A stretch of 64,000 bases of DNA from NCBI GenBank assembly GCA_003971905.1, contig RSEE01000101.1, positions 1-64,000 on the forward strand. The letters run 5' to 3'. A program made the translations under genes and the position numbers. The notes below the pieces were generated by a model. The model did not search any database. It was not told the origin of the DNA and saw only the letters and a program-made list of their open reading frames with translations. Below are positions 49,154 to 60,888 of this stretch, one piece after another. Positions within the stretch are counted from its first letter, which is position 1, and the number at the start of each line of letters is the position of its first letter. The DNA is from Moniliella sp. 'wahieum'. Taxonomy: Eukaryota.

Positions 49154-51128
49154 TTAAATGCGCGCGTCCGCTCGCCTCTCTTCCCATGGTTCGCGCAAGG
49201 GCGAAGAGCCTCGGATGGAAGAAGAGCGAGAGGAGCGGCCCCAGGCCCAGTCTACCACCCCGTCCCACCATGGCCGCGGTAAGACGCGAGCCAGGGCAGC
49301 TCGAAGGGAAGATGGGTCGAGCGAAGGTAACTCCACGCCCCATGCCGAACTGTTCTCTTCTTCGGCGGGCAAGACGGGCGCAGCAGCGGGCGCAGCAGCT
49401 GGCGCAGAGGGAAACAGAGCAGGGTACATTTCCCCTGGTTCGTAGGTGGGCGAGCGGTCGGGGAAGAAGGTAGGTGAAGGAGGGGAATGTGGTGATGGGG
49501 GTGAAGGAAGGGAAGGGGGGAAGAAGGGAAGTGGAAGAGCTTGGTTTGGGCCCACTCCGATGCGCAAATTGAAAGCCTGGCGACGAAGGCGAGAGACCAA
49601 TGCTGAATCCGCCGTCCCAGAAGTTGGTGTAGGGCTGGTCCGCCTCAGCTTGGGCCGCGGGCGCGCGCGAGCCCACGTACGGCTCGATCGATTGTAGAGG
49701 TGGAGCAGATGAGGCCGGGGCGGATGGGAGGGTCCCGGTTGCGTGTCGAGTGGAGGCAGGTCCCGATGCCCGAGCGACGGGGAACAAGGTGAAGAGGTAG
49801 GCGACGAAAGTAACGCAGCAGCTTCTTCTGGGTCGAGAGACAGCAGCGCATCTTCGGCGGATTGGCGGTGCAGAGAGATGAGCCAGACCCCGGCGAGCAG
49901 CAACAGCGTGCCCAGCAGCACCATGCGCAGGTCCCACGCCGTCAGCACATCCACTTGGTCAAAGTACACCAGACCCAACAGGATCGACGTTGAGTTGTAC
50001 AGGCAAAAGGCAAGGGGACAAACGATCGTCGGATCGGCCCAACGCAGACTCTTGTTCAAGTACCACAGCTGTAGCAGCGCACACACGCCCAACGTTACCA
50101 CCAGCACCCACGTCTGGTAGAACTGCAACTGACTCTCCCGTCCAGAGTGACCAGCAGCAGCTCCACCGCCGTCTTGGCCAGCAAAAGGCATACCCCAGAT
50201 AAAGTCCCGCTCGCCCCGGCATACAGCACACCCAGCACCAGCCGCGTGCGCCGCGTCCGGCGCGCCTCGAGCACATCCAGACCCGAGCGCGGCAACGTGC
50301 CGTACCCATCGGCTTGCTGCCCCGGCGCACCACCAGACATCTTGACGCGCAACACGGCCAGCGCAGAGCGGTACTGCCTCCCGCGACCGGGCGGGGTAGA
50401 GGGGGTGTGGGACGAAAGGTGTTGGGGCAAGAGCCCTGTTCGCGCGCAGCAGCCACAAGACGGTCGGTGGGCAAGCCCCGGCGCGCCGCCTCGTCAGCGA
50501 CGGTGAGGATCGGGGTAGTGATGCCCGACGGGTTCTCGTTGACCTCGGCGAGGGTGGAGAGACGGTTGGTGTGGTGGGTGCGACGGCGCCGGCGCTTACG
50601 GCGCGGGAACGGGTGGTGCAGTTTCCACTCGGTCAGGTGCGCGTGAGCAGGGCCGCTGCCAGGCCACAGCCAAGCAGCGTCGCCAGCGCCACAAAGGGCG
50701 GACGCGCGTACAGGGCAAGCAGCTGGGGGAGAGTATGGGGCGGACTGGGCACCGCGCCAAAGTAGCCCACCGTGCCGGCGCCCAGGGCGATGAGGGTGGA
50801 GCCGAGGACCATTTGGAGCGAGAGCATGTCGTCGAGCAGGATGCGCGCGAGAAACGCATTGTACAGCAGCGACACGGCGCCCAGCGGGGCGAGCATGACG
50901 ATGGGCAGCGCGCCGATCTGGAAGACGGTGCCAGCGAGGTTGGCCAGCATAAAGATGGAGAAGCCGGCGAGCCAGAGGGGCGGCGGGAGGCGGGGCGGCG
51001 CTGCTGGGGCGGGAGACGGTCGTTGAGGAGATGGGACTTGCGCTGGAGCGTGAGGCCGACGCTCTGGACGAAGGACATGACGAGGCCGACGGCGATGGCG
51101 GCGAGCACGGGGAGGCCGCGACGGCCAT
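49154..51128 (-). CDS. NIPA-family Mg2+ transporter (frameshifted)
   Basis: SFVQSVGLTLQRKSH, LWLAGF, FQIGALPIVMLAPLGAVSLLYNAFLA and LLQLWYLNKSL..ADPTIVCPLAFCLYN. Confidence 0.88.
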
Positions 51129-51460
51129 GCTGGGTGGGGGGGGGGGTGGGGGTGGGGGCAGGTGGGCGGGAGCGGTGTGTGGACGGGGGGGGGATGGCGG
51201 AGGCCAAGGGCGCTGGCTGGCGGTACGTAGTGGGGGGCTATGACGTAATGGATGGGGGGGGTCACCGGACACGCGTGACGCATAGGCCGCTTAATTTTTA
51301 GTCACGGGGCCACTCAGACGGGCTGCGTCCGATGCGCACACAGCCACGTCTGCCCGTGGCCTTGGCCTGCGCACAGTACTGTCCAGAAGCACCCCCATGC
51401 GTGAGGGATCGGCAGCCCCCCGTCTCAGCACGGCCTCGGCTGCCCCCACCCCCCCACGCC

Positions 51461-52795
51461 ATGGACGACTCGCCATGGCAGGCCGACCTCGACGACGGCG
51501 CCCCCCCCGCCCCCGCCCCACGCGTGGTGGCAGCAGCCCTCGACCTCCGCCCTGCCCGCCCCCCTGGCCCCCTCCCTCCGCCTCCGCATCACCGACACAC
51601 GCCACGAGACAGACGCCCAAGGCGCCTTTGTCGTGTATGGCATCTCCATCCAGGTACGTGCCCGTCCCCTTCCCCCCCCCCCCCCCGGCGTCCAGCCCAG
51701 CTGACTTGCCTTGCGCCGCCAGACCGACGTTCCGGCGCTGGAACGCTCCAGCCACATCTACCGCCGTTATCGCGACTTTGCCACGCTCCACGCCCAGCTC
51801 ATCCGCGACCAGCCCGGACGGGTCGTGCCACCACTCCCGCCCGCACGGCGGATCAAGCACCTCTCCAGCCAGCGGTTCGACGATCCGTTTGTGCATGAGA
51901 GGCAAGCTGAGCTCAACCTTTTTCTCCACCGCCTCGCCCGCCACCCGCACCTTGCGCTCTCGCCCCCCCTGCTCGATTTCCTTGCGCCCATTGGACCTGT
52001 TCCCCCCCCGACCCGCGTGGAAGTGGCCCTCGGCACCGGCCCCGATCCCACAACTCCAGCACCAACGCGACGCGTGGATCGCCACTCGTCGCACCCTCCA
52101 ACAAACCCAGCGCGCTCTCCAGCGCGAACGAAACCACCTCGCCGCCCACCGCTTCCCGCTCTCCGATACCCCGGACCCCTTTGCTCCAGGCCTCGACTTG
52201 CCCCCGCCCGACGACCTGGAGGAGGACTATGACGAGATGGCTGGAGCTATCCAGTTGCTCGGCGGGGGATGGAGCGGGGGATGAGCCCCGCTCTGTTCAA
52301 CTTGGCTGATGGACTGCGGCGCATGGGCGTGCGCTGCTGCGTGGCGAAGCAAGGGCAACGGACGAGGTGGGGAAGCAGGTGGCGCCCTGGTGCACCTCCT
52401 CCTCGCTGGCGAAGAGGCTTTGGCTCGGGCCGGACGGTACCAGGCCAAGGTACTGTCGATGCAGCGCTCGCTGCAGGGACAAGGCGTGCCCGCCATGCTG
52501 CAGCAGAGGTGGGATACGTTTTGGGGCAAGCAGTCGGTCGAGGTGCTGCAGGAGCACAGGGCCGAGCAGCAAGAGCTGGACCAGTGCCTGGGTCGCGCGC
52601 AGCACGCACTGGACCAGGCAGTGCACCAGCTGGACACGGACGAGGCGGTGGATGCAGGCCGAGCGCGAGGAGGAGCTGGCACAGCTATTGGTCGACTGGA
52701 CCCGGCGAAAAGTAGAGACGCGCATGGCGATGGTGGAGATGTGGGACGAAGTGTTTGGCGTGCTAGAAGCGCCAGTCGGGTCTCCGTCACGGTAG
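51461..52795 (+). CDS. PX-domain sorting nexin with a probable BAR-like C-terminus (frameshifted)
   Basis: RRYRDFATLHAQL..DQPGRVVPPLP...RFDDPFVHERQAELNLFLHRLARHPHL...LLDFL, followed by a helical C-terminus ending MVEMWDEVF. Confidence 0.8.
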
Positions 52796-52919
52796 CACTC
52801 GCAGACTCTACGCTATACAATCGCTTTCCCTCCGCGTCTGGCGGGTGGTTCTGGGTCCCTATGGAGTTAGGTTGTTTTGTGTGATGAGGCGGGGATGGGT
52901 GCAGGAGACGAGAGAGGAT

Positions 52920-53246
52920 TCATGAAGTAACAGCTGGTGCGACGGTGGGATGCGCGGCGGCCGACGTGGCGGCCACCTCGTCGACCTGGTCAAGCGAGGC
53001 CATGAACCTGGGAACGGGCCGGGGTCAGAGGTGAGAGACGCGAGACACGAGAGGAGCCAGAGACGAGGAAGCGGCTACGCACAGACTGGCTGGTACGTCG
53101 CCATCTCGGCCATCACCTGCGTTTGGTTCGCCGCCGTGTCGATGGTGGAGCGGGCAGTGTCGACGGCGGCGGTGAGGGCGAGAGGCGGGCCGCGAGGTGC
53201 TGGTAGTGGCGTGCCTTGGTCGACAGCGCGGGGAGGAGGTGGACAT
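52920..53246 (-). CDS. HSK3: DASH/Dam1 complex subunit Hsk3-like; intron at 53008-53082
   Basis: Reconstructed MST..ALSTKARHYQHLAARL-ALTAAVDTARSTIDTAANQTQVMAEMATYQ(A)SLFMASLDQ matches the Hsk3 pattern R.Y..L..QL..L......A.Q...M......ASLFMA. It needs a GTGCGT..CTGAC..CAG intron and a few single-base corrections. Confidence 0.7.
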
Positions 53247-53504
53247 GGCGGCGGTGGCGGTGGCGGTGGCGGTGGAGGTGGCGGTGGGGAGGCCAAGCAA
53301 ACCCTAGCCGACGCGTGCCCCGGCAAGCAAACCTGGTCACGTGCGGCGGGGCACGTGATGGGGGCACTGGCACGCTGTGGCATGCTCAGGCGGCTGCGAG
53401 CAGCTGCTTAATGCTTGCTCGTCGCCTCGCCTGCGCGCCCCGGGGCTCCACGTCGAGTGCACCGCCGCCCGCCCGCCGCCCCCATCGCCGCCGCGCCGCC
53501 CGCC

Positions 53505-55710
53505 ATGCCCCCGCGCGTGGAGTATGTCCCGCTCGCCTCCGCGCCCACCCCCGGCGCCCGCTGCGCCGCCCCCGCCCCCATGCACCCCATGCACACCCGC
53601 AGGCGCAAGCACGCCTTCCTCCTCCTCTCGCCGCCGCCGTGCTCGTGTCCATGTCCGCCGGCTCCAACTACGCCTTCTCCGCCTGGGCCCCCGCAGCTCC
53701 AGTCCGCGCTCTCCCTCAGCGGCGTCCAGATCAACCTGCTTGGCCTCGCGGAAACGCCGGCATGTACATCTCCTCGCCCTCTGGGCCCTCTGCTGGACCG
53801 CGCCGGCCCCGCCAGGCCGCTGTATGCATGTTTCTCTTGATCCTGCTCGGCTATGGCGGCCTGGCCCTGCTGGCTCAGAGCTGGGCAGGCGGCGGGCGAG
53901 ATGACGTATGTGCTGCTGCTGCTGCTGCACTGTCTTACTGGCGTGGCCAACTCGGTGCCTCGGGCGCCGCTATGAACGCCCTGGCCCGCTCGGCTGCCCC
54001 GGAACGGCCAGGGCACCGCACTGGGCATCGCCTTGGCTGGCTATGCACTGAGCGCCTCAGCGTACAGCACGATGGCCAACGTCTTGCGCCTCACTACTAG
54101 CCAATACCTGCGCTCGTAGCGTTCGGCGCGCAACCAGTTTCGCCATTGGCGCTGCAGGCGGCGTACGCATCGTCCCCCTTGACCTCCTGACCAACCTCCC
54201 CATCCTTTTTACCCCTCCGCGCCCCCTGCCCGCACGGCCTTCGCCCCCTTTCTTGAGGACGGACAGGACGAGCAGACTCACAGCCAGCACAGGGACAGTA
54301 GGCACGAGATGGTCCAGGTCCGGCCTAGGCTTTCCCACAGCCCGGGCCCGGCTCCGATTCGTACCTCCTCCTCCTCTTCTTTTTCCTCTTCCTCGCCTCG
54401 CTCTCCTTCCGTGTCGTGCACCGAGGATCACGTAGCTTGACGGAGATCATCACTGATCCTGCTCCTGCTCCTGCGTCCGCACGCCCCTCGTCGCCACTCC
54501 ACATGTCCTACCAATCACCTACGAGGCAGACGGGGACGCAAGAGACCTGTCCCCTCGGCCGTCGCACGAGTTGACTGTGGTGGAGGCAGAGCATGCCCAG
54601 CCTTTGCTTGCTTCCCTCCCGTCTCATGCACCCTGTCTGCCCCCTTCTCCCCTCTAGATCGGAGCATCAGTGGGTTGGATGTGGTGCGCACGCTGGATTT
54701 GTGCTGCTGTTTACGATCATGGTGGGTGTGGGAAGTGGTCTGTTGATGATCAACAATGTCGGTACGATCACCAAGACGTATGGCGTTTCCGCCAGGCTGA
54801 CCCTTCTCTCCCCCGCGCCGTCGGGGACGAGGCGGACAACGAAGCGCTTCGTCTGTGGCAAGGTCGCCAGGTCATCTCCATCTCGGTAGGCAATGCCGTG
54901 GGCCGCTTGATGACGGTACGTTGGCCGATGTGGTGGTACGTCTCTCAGGCCGAAAAGCAAGCAAGTTCCTCCTCTCGTTGTGCCCGTTAGTGTATTTTGT
55001 TTGGTCACCCAGACCATCATGGCATTCGGCGGCAAACCATCTTACCCGGCTGGACCATCCCCCACATCCAAACTGTTCCTTCTCTTCGCCTCATCTCCGC
55101 CTTGAATGGCGTCACGTACGGAACACTCTTTGGTCTCTGCCCAACGCTCACCATCGATCTTTGGGGCCTCAGCAAATTCTCTTCCAATTGGGGCATCATG
55201 TCCCTCTCCCCGGCCGCAGGCGGTAACGTGTTCAACCTCTACTTTGGATGGTACGTCCGACTTTTCACATTCGTCCTGCCCCACCGTGCGTCGGCCAACG
55301 CACGTTCCGTACACGGGAGGCCCAGGCCAGTCGTAGCGAAAGTAAGGTACTGACTGACTCACTCACTCACCCACTCACTCACTCACTCACTCACCCACTC
55401 ACTCACTCACTCACTCACCCAACGTGTCATACTGCCACTGTACTTGTACCGTACCGTACCAATCCAGGGTGTACGACAAACACGCCAACTCCGCCCTGCC
55501 CCTCCCCCCTGGCCACTCGCAATCGGCGACACCTAGTCGCGCCGCCCCCCTACCTCGACCGAGTGCACGGCAGGCGAAACGTGTTACCGCGAAACGTTCC
55601 GCCTCACCACGCTCGCAGCTTTGCTCAGCCTCGTCCTTAGCATCCTCCTCTGCATCCGCCGGTACCGCCACGACCGGCTCCCCGCTTCCTCGGGCCGGAC
55701 GGGTAGGTAG
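53505..55710 (+). CDS. MFS transporter, Mch1/nodulin-like family (multi-exon, frameshifted)
   Basis: AGSNYAFSAWAPQLQSAL, GNAGMYISSP, GSGLLMINNVGTI, SVGNAVGRL and YGTLFGLCP...WGL..FSSNWGIMSLSPAAGGNVFNLYFG. Confidence 0.85.
55356..55418 (+). repeat. (TCAC)n intronic microsatellite
   Basis: Run of actc/accc units after the GTACTGAC sequence. Confidence 0.85.
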
Positions 55711-56826
55711 CCAACCCCCCCTCCCCACCCCCCGACCCGATATTGCATGACCTGATACTTTGGCCCTGCCTTGCCCTGCCCGTCCATGCCCCTTGGTCTC
55801 GTCCGGGTCTTGTTTCGCGGTCGCGCCTGCTGCCCTCCCTGAGGCCTGAGTTTTGCTGGGCTTGCTTGGCTTGGCTTTTCCTCTCTTTTCTTTGCTCTTT
55901 GTACCGCTCCACTGTAACCTTCCCAATTCTCAGTCCTCTGCACACCCACTTGCTTGGTTGCTCGGTTACTCTTCCACACCAACACGTCAGGTCAGTCAGG
56001 ATTCTGACTTGTAGAAAGACACAGAGGCCGAGAGGTCCTTGTGCTTCAGCCTTATCCTCACCCTTAGCCTCTCAGATCTCACCCTCAGTCGAGCGACTTG
56101 ACTTCGCATGCGTATTTTCCCTTGCGCCCTTCTCCCTGGTCACTGTTTCTGGACCCTGTAACGCATCACTAAGAGTTGCTAGTGCCTCCCGAAACTCTCA
56201 ACCGAACTGGGACGCAGGACTGCCCTGCCCCCACTCACGCACATGCGTCCATCCCCCTTTGCGTACCAGTACCATACAATCGACCTCATCGTAAGATTCG
56301 ACCTGCCGGCACCCCGAGCTCCCGACCACGCTCCAGCCATTAGACATGTCCCTTCGCTCCACCAAGGTTACCGTACGATCTACCATCCGCGGACGGCGGC
56401 GGGGGAGGGGGAGGGGGACTATCCGTATAGGCGCCACAAGTTGCAGGGGGGGGGGAGAGGGCAGGCAGGGCAGGGGGAGGGGGCGAGTGTCACGTGATCG
56501 AGGCGCATGTCTGTCAACATTTCAATCTGTCCTCGTTTGGGTTTTTCAGTGCCACCATCGCGAGTGGGGAGTAGCAGCGTAGGTTGCCTCCTCTGCCTTC
56601 TTGCTCGTCTCTGTACCCCCCCGCCACCCCCGCCACCTCGCCACCACTTCCACTTCCACTTCCACTTCCACTTCCACTTCCATTAACACAACACAACCCC
56701 CAGTCCTACCACTGTTTTTTTTCTCGTGGGGTTCTGTTCCACCGCTCTCGCTCTCCCCCACCGCCGCACCCTTCCTTCTCCTCTACGCCCCTCACGCAGG
56801 CACGTCGCTGCTCCAACTCCCGTACC

Positions 56827-57403
56827 ATGTCGTTGGGCGATGCGGGCCGCAATCACTCCCGAATGCTGTTTGTTAAAAACTTGAATTATGCCATCCAAGG
56901 TACGTTGCCTTTCTTCCTTGTCCTTCCTTCTCTCTCTCTCCCTTCTTTCGTCGCTCTTTATTCTTCGCCATTCCTTCCTCTCTCCCCCTTTCCCTCTCGT
57001 TCTTCTCCAAGGGCAGAGTGTGGAGTGTGAAGTGAAGTTGGGTGGGCTGAGGGACAAGTTGGCTGACTGAGTGGCTGCCGGGGTACCTTGCCAATTCATC
57101 GGTCCGATTGCCGGTGTAGGATCGGACCTGTACGAGTTGTTTGGGCGGTACGGACTGATTCGGCAAATTCGGTTGGGCACGGGACCCAAGACGCGCGGAA
57201 CAGCGTATGTGGTATACGAAGACCAGGCGGACGCTAAACGCGCCGTCGACCAACTCAATGGTTTTCACCTCCAAGACCGTTACATCGTCGTCCTCTACCA
57301 CATGCCTCAACGTCTCACCGCCAAAGCCGAACTGGCCAAACGACAAGCCGACTTGGCTGCACTGAAATCCCAACACCACATTCCTGATGAGACACGATCA
57401 TGA
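56827..57403 (+). CDS. SF3B6: U2 snRNP branch-site protein p14 (SF3b14a); intron at 56900-57119
   Basis: Spliced RMLFVKNLNYAIQG/SDLYELFGRYGLIRQIRLG..PKTRGTAYVVYED..DAKRAVDQLNGFHLQDRYIVVLYH. Confidence 0.93.
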
Positions 57404-57456
57404 TCCTTGGTTCTTGATCCTTGGTTCTTGATCCTTGGTTCTTGATCCTTGGTTCT
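57401..57456 (+). repeat. (TGATCCTTGGTTCT)4 perfect 14-bp tandem
   Basis: Four exact copies, starting at the SF3B6 stop codon. Confidence 0.92.
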
Positions 57457-57794
57457 TGATCTTTGATCGGTCACATATATGATCCTGGATCTACCCTTGA
57501 TCCCTCACCACCACCCTTCCCCCGCCTTTGGTCGTACTACATTGCTCATCTTCCCCCACTCGGGTTCCGAGCTTGTTCTGCGAGATGGGCCTGGTGCGAC
57601 CGGGGCGGTAGCTATGTCATTTGTCCGTTTTGTCGGTCCGGAGCCCAGAGCAGACCATCGGGTAGGTACGGGGTAGACCTGAGTAGAGTTAAGTAGAGCT
57701 GGCCAGTACTAGTCTGTACATGCCGTTACGACATAGACTGCTCGCTCGCTTTACCAAAAAGAAGTGTTTTCCGTAAAAAGGGAAAAAGGAAAAG

Positions 57795-57894
57795 GGGGTC
57801 CGCCCGGGATCGAACCGAGGACCACCTCTACGAGTCGTTCACCGCGTTGCGGGAAGAACCCTAAAGAGGCATGATACCACTACACCACGAACCC
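57795..57894 (-). tRNA. tRNA-Pro(AGG) with a 28-nt intron (57831-57858)
   Basis: Reverse complement GGGTTCG TG GTGTAGTGGTATCAT G CCTCT TTAGGG[28 nt]T AGAGG TGGTC CTCGG TTCGATC CCGGG CGGACCC C, with downstream T-runs. Confidence 0.93.
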
Positions 57895-60888
57895 CGATGC
57901 TCACCAGAATAGCCAGCGAGATCTACAGCAGAAGTCCATGGTTCGTGACTGGGTCGCGGCTCGGTATAGAGCGCCCGACAGACCGACCCCTGAATTTGTT
58001 GGTACTATACTGGGACTCATCATGGCGGGCGACGAGCGGCGGACACGGCGCGTACCATGCGAACAGAGCGCATGCAAAAATGGCCATCAAGCAGCGTGTC
58101 GTGTTGCAACCGAAGTACGGGATGCAAGTCCGGATGGGCATGTGGCTCCCCCGCGAACAGAGCGCAAAAATGTATACAAAAGGCAAATACCGTCGCACAC
58201 TGCTGGCGGCGGTGGTCGAGATCGATAGTGAGAGGAACCACTCTCCTAATGAAATTGTTTAGAGAACGGGTTCTCTTTCAGCATCAGGGGGTTAAGCATC
58301 GTTTCCGTAAGCCTCGTCGTGATACTACTCTTCAGACTGAGCGTCGATGATAGTGTCTTGACAGGCGCGCCTCACACTGGAGCCCGGCCTACAGGGTAGA
58401 GAGATGTGCTTTCCTGAGGCCTGGGGAGGCCGGGCCACTCACGCATCACGGTTGGTCGGGCGTTCAGGCCTCAGGGGCCTGAGCTGAACACGTTGAGCGC
58501 GCTGAGCGTCCTGAACGTCGAAAGCTATACTGGCAGATCCAAACAGTGCGAATAGAGAAGAGGTGAGACGTCTCACTTTGAGGCTTAATCGTCGGCTGAA
58601 GCAAAACTAGCTTGCCTGTAGTCTGTGGTCCTGAAGGGTTGGCCACAAGGTTGACGGCTGATGCATGATGTTTGACGCAGGAAAAGACAGGGGATAGCAC
58701 ATAGGCCCTGTCATATAGGTTTAAACTCAAACTTCTTGTATATAGTCTTGTATATAGGATCACATCGATCACTGCAAGGCCCGTACGGAGGAGAGACTGA
58801 ACGCTGAAGCTGAAAGGCTGAAGTTTGAAGAGAGACGCAAATGGGTGCCCGTCGAAAGGATACTGGGAAAAAGGGCCAAGAGGTGGTCGTTGGGAGCGAT
58901 AGTCGGTGGGACTGTGCTGGTGAATTGTACACGAGAGGCGCCTGGGCCAATGATAGATTGGTAAAGGATGTTGTACAAGGACGGAAGACGAAAGGAAGGC
59001 GAAAAGAAGACGAAAGAAAGACAAAATGACATGCCAGGAGGAAAAGGGGGTATATGGATCGATCAAGTATCAAGGATCAAGCTATATCAATAAGCTTCAA
59101 GGCTCATACCGGCAGGAACTATACGAAAGACACCACACAACGAAGAAAAAAGAGAAAGGAATCGAGATAAGTGGCTCTCAGAAAGCAGCGTAGACCAACT
59201 GTAAGGGCAATGTTTCCACACTCACAGCCACAGGACCGGAGGAGCACATCCCAACCCAGAAAGACCCAAAGGAATGGGCAGGGTCTCGGCCCTCTTCGGC
59301 CAGAAAAGAGAAAGGCGCGAGCGGGAGAGAATCTCACAATGACAACGAGGCGCACAGACCAGGAAACTGACGTCTAGATCCGCAAGCTCTCTCAACTTAA
59401 AAAGCTCGCTCGCTGCGTCCAAGGCCGAAAAGACCAAAAATAATTGGTGAAGTAAGATAACAACTAAGAAAGCCGCGATATGGTGTGCGGTGCCATGAAG
59501 TGCAGTGTGGTGTGCTGGTGGTCACTGTGTGGTTCCATGCATGTATCTACCTTTTCGGCAAAAGAGAGTTGTGCATAGATAGGATCGATGCGATGTGGAC
59601 ATGCCTGCGCAGAGAGCGGGCGGGCGAGAAGAATGAAAAGAGAGATACGCAGCGCTAAGGAGTCCGTGGTCTCGATGAGTGTGGTGAAGCGCGTGAATAT
59701 AGAGAAGAGAGGTATCATTTGCTGGTATAGCAGTCGATGGGAGTAGAGGCACCACAGCCGAACGATAATAGCCGCGCATTATATCCGGAGGGGATCAGAG
59801 CACCCACTATTCGGATAGAGATGCCGACGCCGCTCCATGGCATGGACCACGGGGGTGTATATATAGCGGGCCGATGGAAAGCCCCTTGCGGAAGCAGATG
59901 GGCTGGCACCAGGCGGCTGTGTCGCTGCCCTCGTCACGGCTCGCTTGTCATATCCAGATGGGGCTCTGCTGGGCCAAGGATATAGGCTTGGTGTGACGCG
60001 TTATTTGGCGAGACGGATGGCGGACACACACGCTACAAGCGAAATGTGGATCCAATCTATCTATCGTGGGCGGCCGGGGGCCAGTGTGGATTGGGACGTG
60101 CCGGTGTGGCGTGGCTGCGATGCGGGAGCATGCGAATCAGCAACTCAAAGGGGATGGCCCAGGGGGAGTGGGAGGCAGCACGATGCGACCCAACGGGGGC
60201 TTGTTGGGAGGGGCGGGTGTGGTGGGCATGGGCCATGTGTCGTGGCTGCGGCGCATGAGCGCCGTGATCAGCCAGGGACCCAGCTAGCGCCCTCGCGTGT
60301 AGTCCTCGTGTCAGGCCAGTGCCTAGTCCGCTCTGGCGCTCAGGAGTAACTAGTAAGGCGAGTCTGGATTTAGCCGCACAGTGCTCCTGTGCCGCGCGGC
60401 AGGCGTTAGGGGGCGGACATGACATGTGACCCACCCACGCCCGCAGCATGCCCCCGTGCGACGCTCGGATCCAGGGCCAGCGCCGCACCAGGGCGCTCAT
60501 GGGGGGCAGGCGGGGCGCAAGTGTAAGTAGCTGGGGCAGGCGGGCGTGGGCGTGCGCCTGGGGTGGATTCGATATTCGATGGGCAGGCGGCTGCCCCCCT
60601 GCAGCCCCAAACACGCGCTGCGACGCCCATTGCCCCTCCATGGGTACACGTCGTGTCCGAGCGTCCTCGCAGCGCCCCACTCTGGTCCTCCGCGGAGGCA
60701 ACGGCGCTTGGAGCTTGGAGGGCGTCCCTCGCGCCACGCGCCTCTCGCCCCCCGTGCATCCCATCCGACCCCTTGCATTTGGTTTTAACCGCACCGCCTC
60801 TCCCTCCTCGGCGGGTCCACCCACCCTCCTCCTTTCTGCCTCTTCCCCATCCCCATCCCCATCCCCATCCCCATCCCCCACTGCCAGG

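Noticed and set aside
56198..56437. Small minus-strand ORF upstream of SF3B6
   Set aside because: No recognisable motif or convincing gene structure.
57923..58198. C...ARHD stretch resembling the RH motif of RLE retrotransposons
   Set aside because: Too short, with no CCHC knuckle or downstream nuclease motifs.
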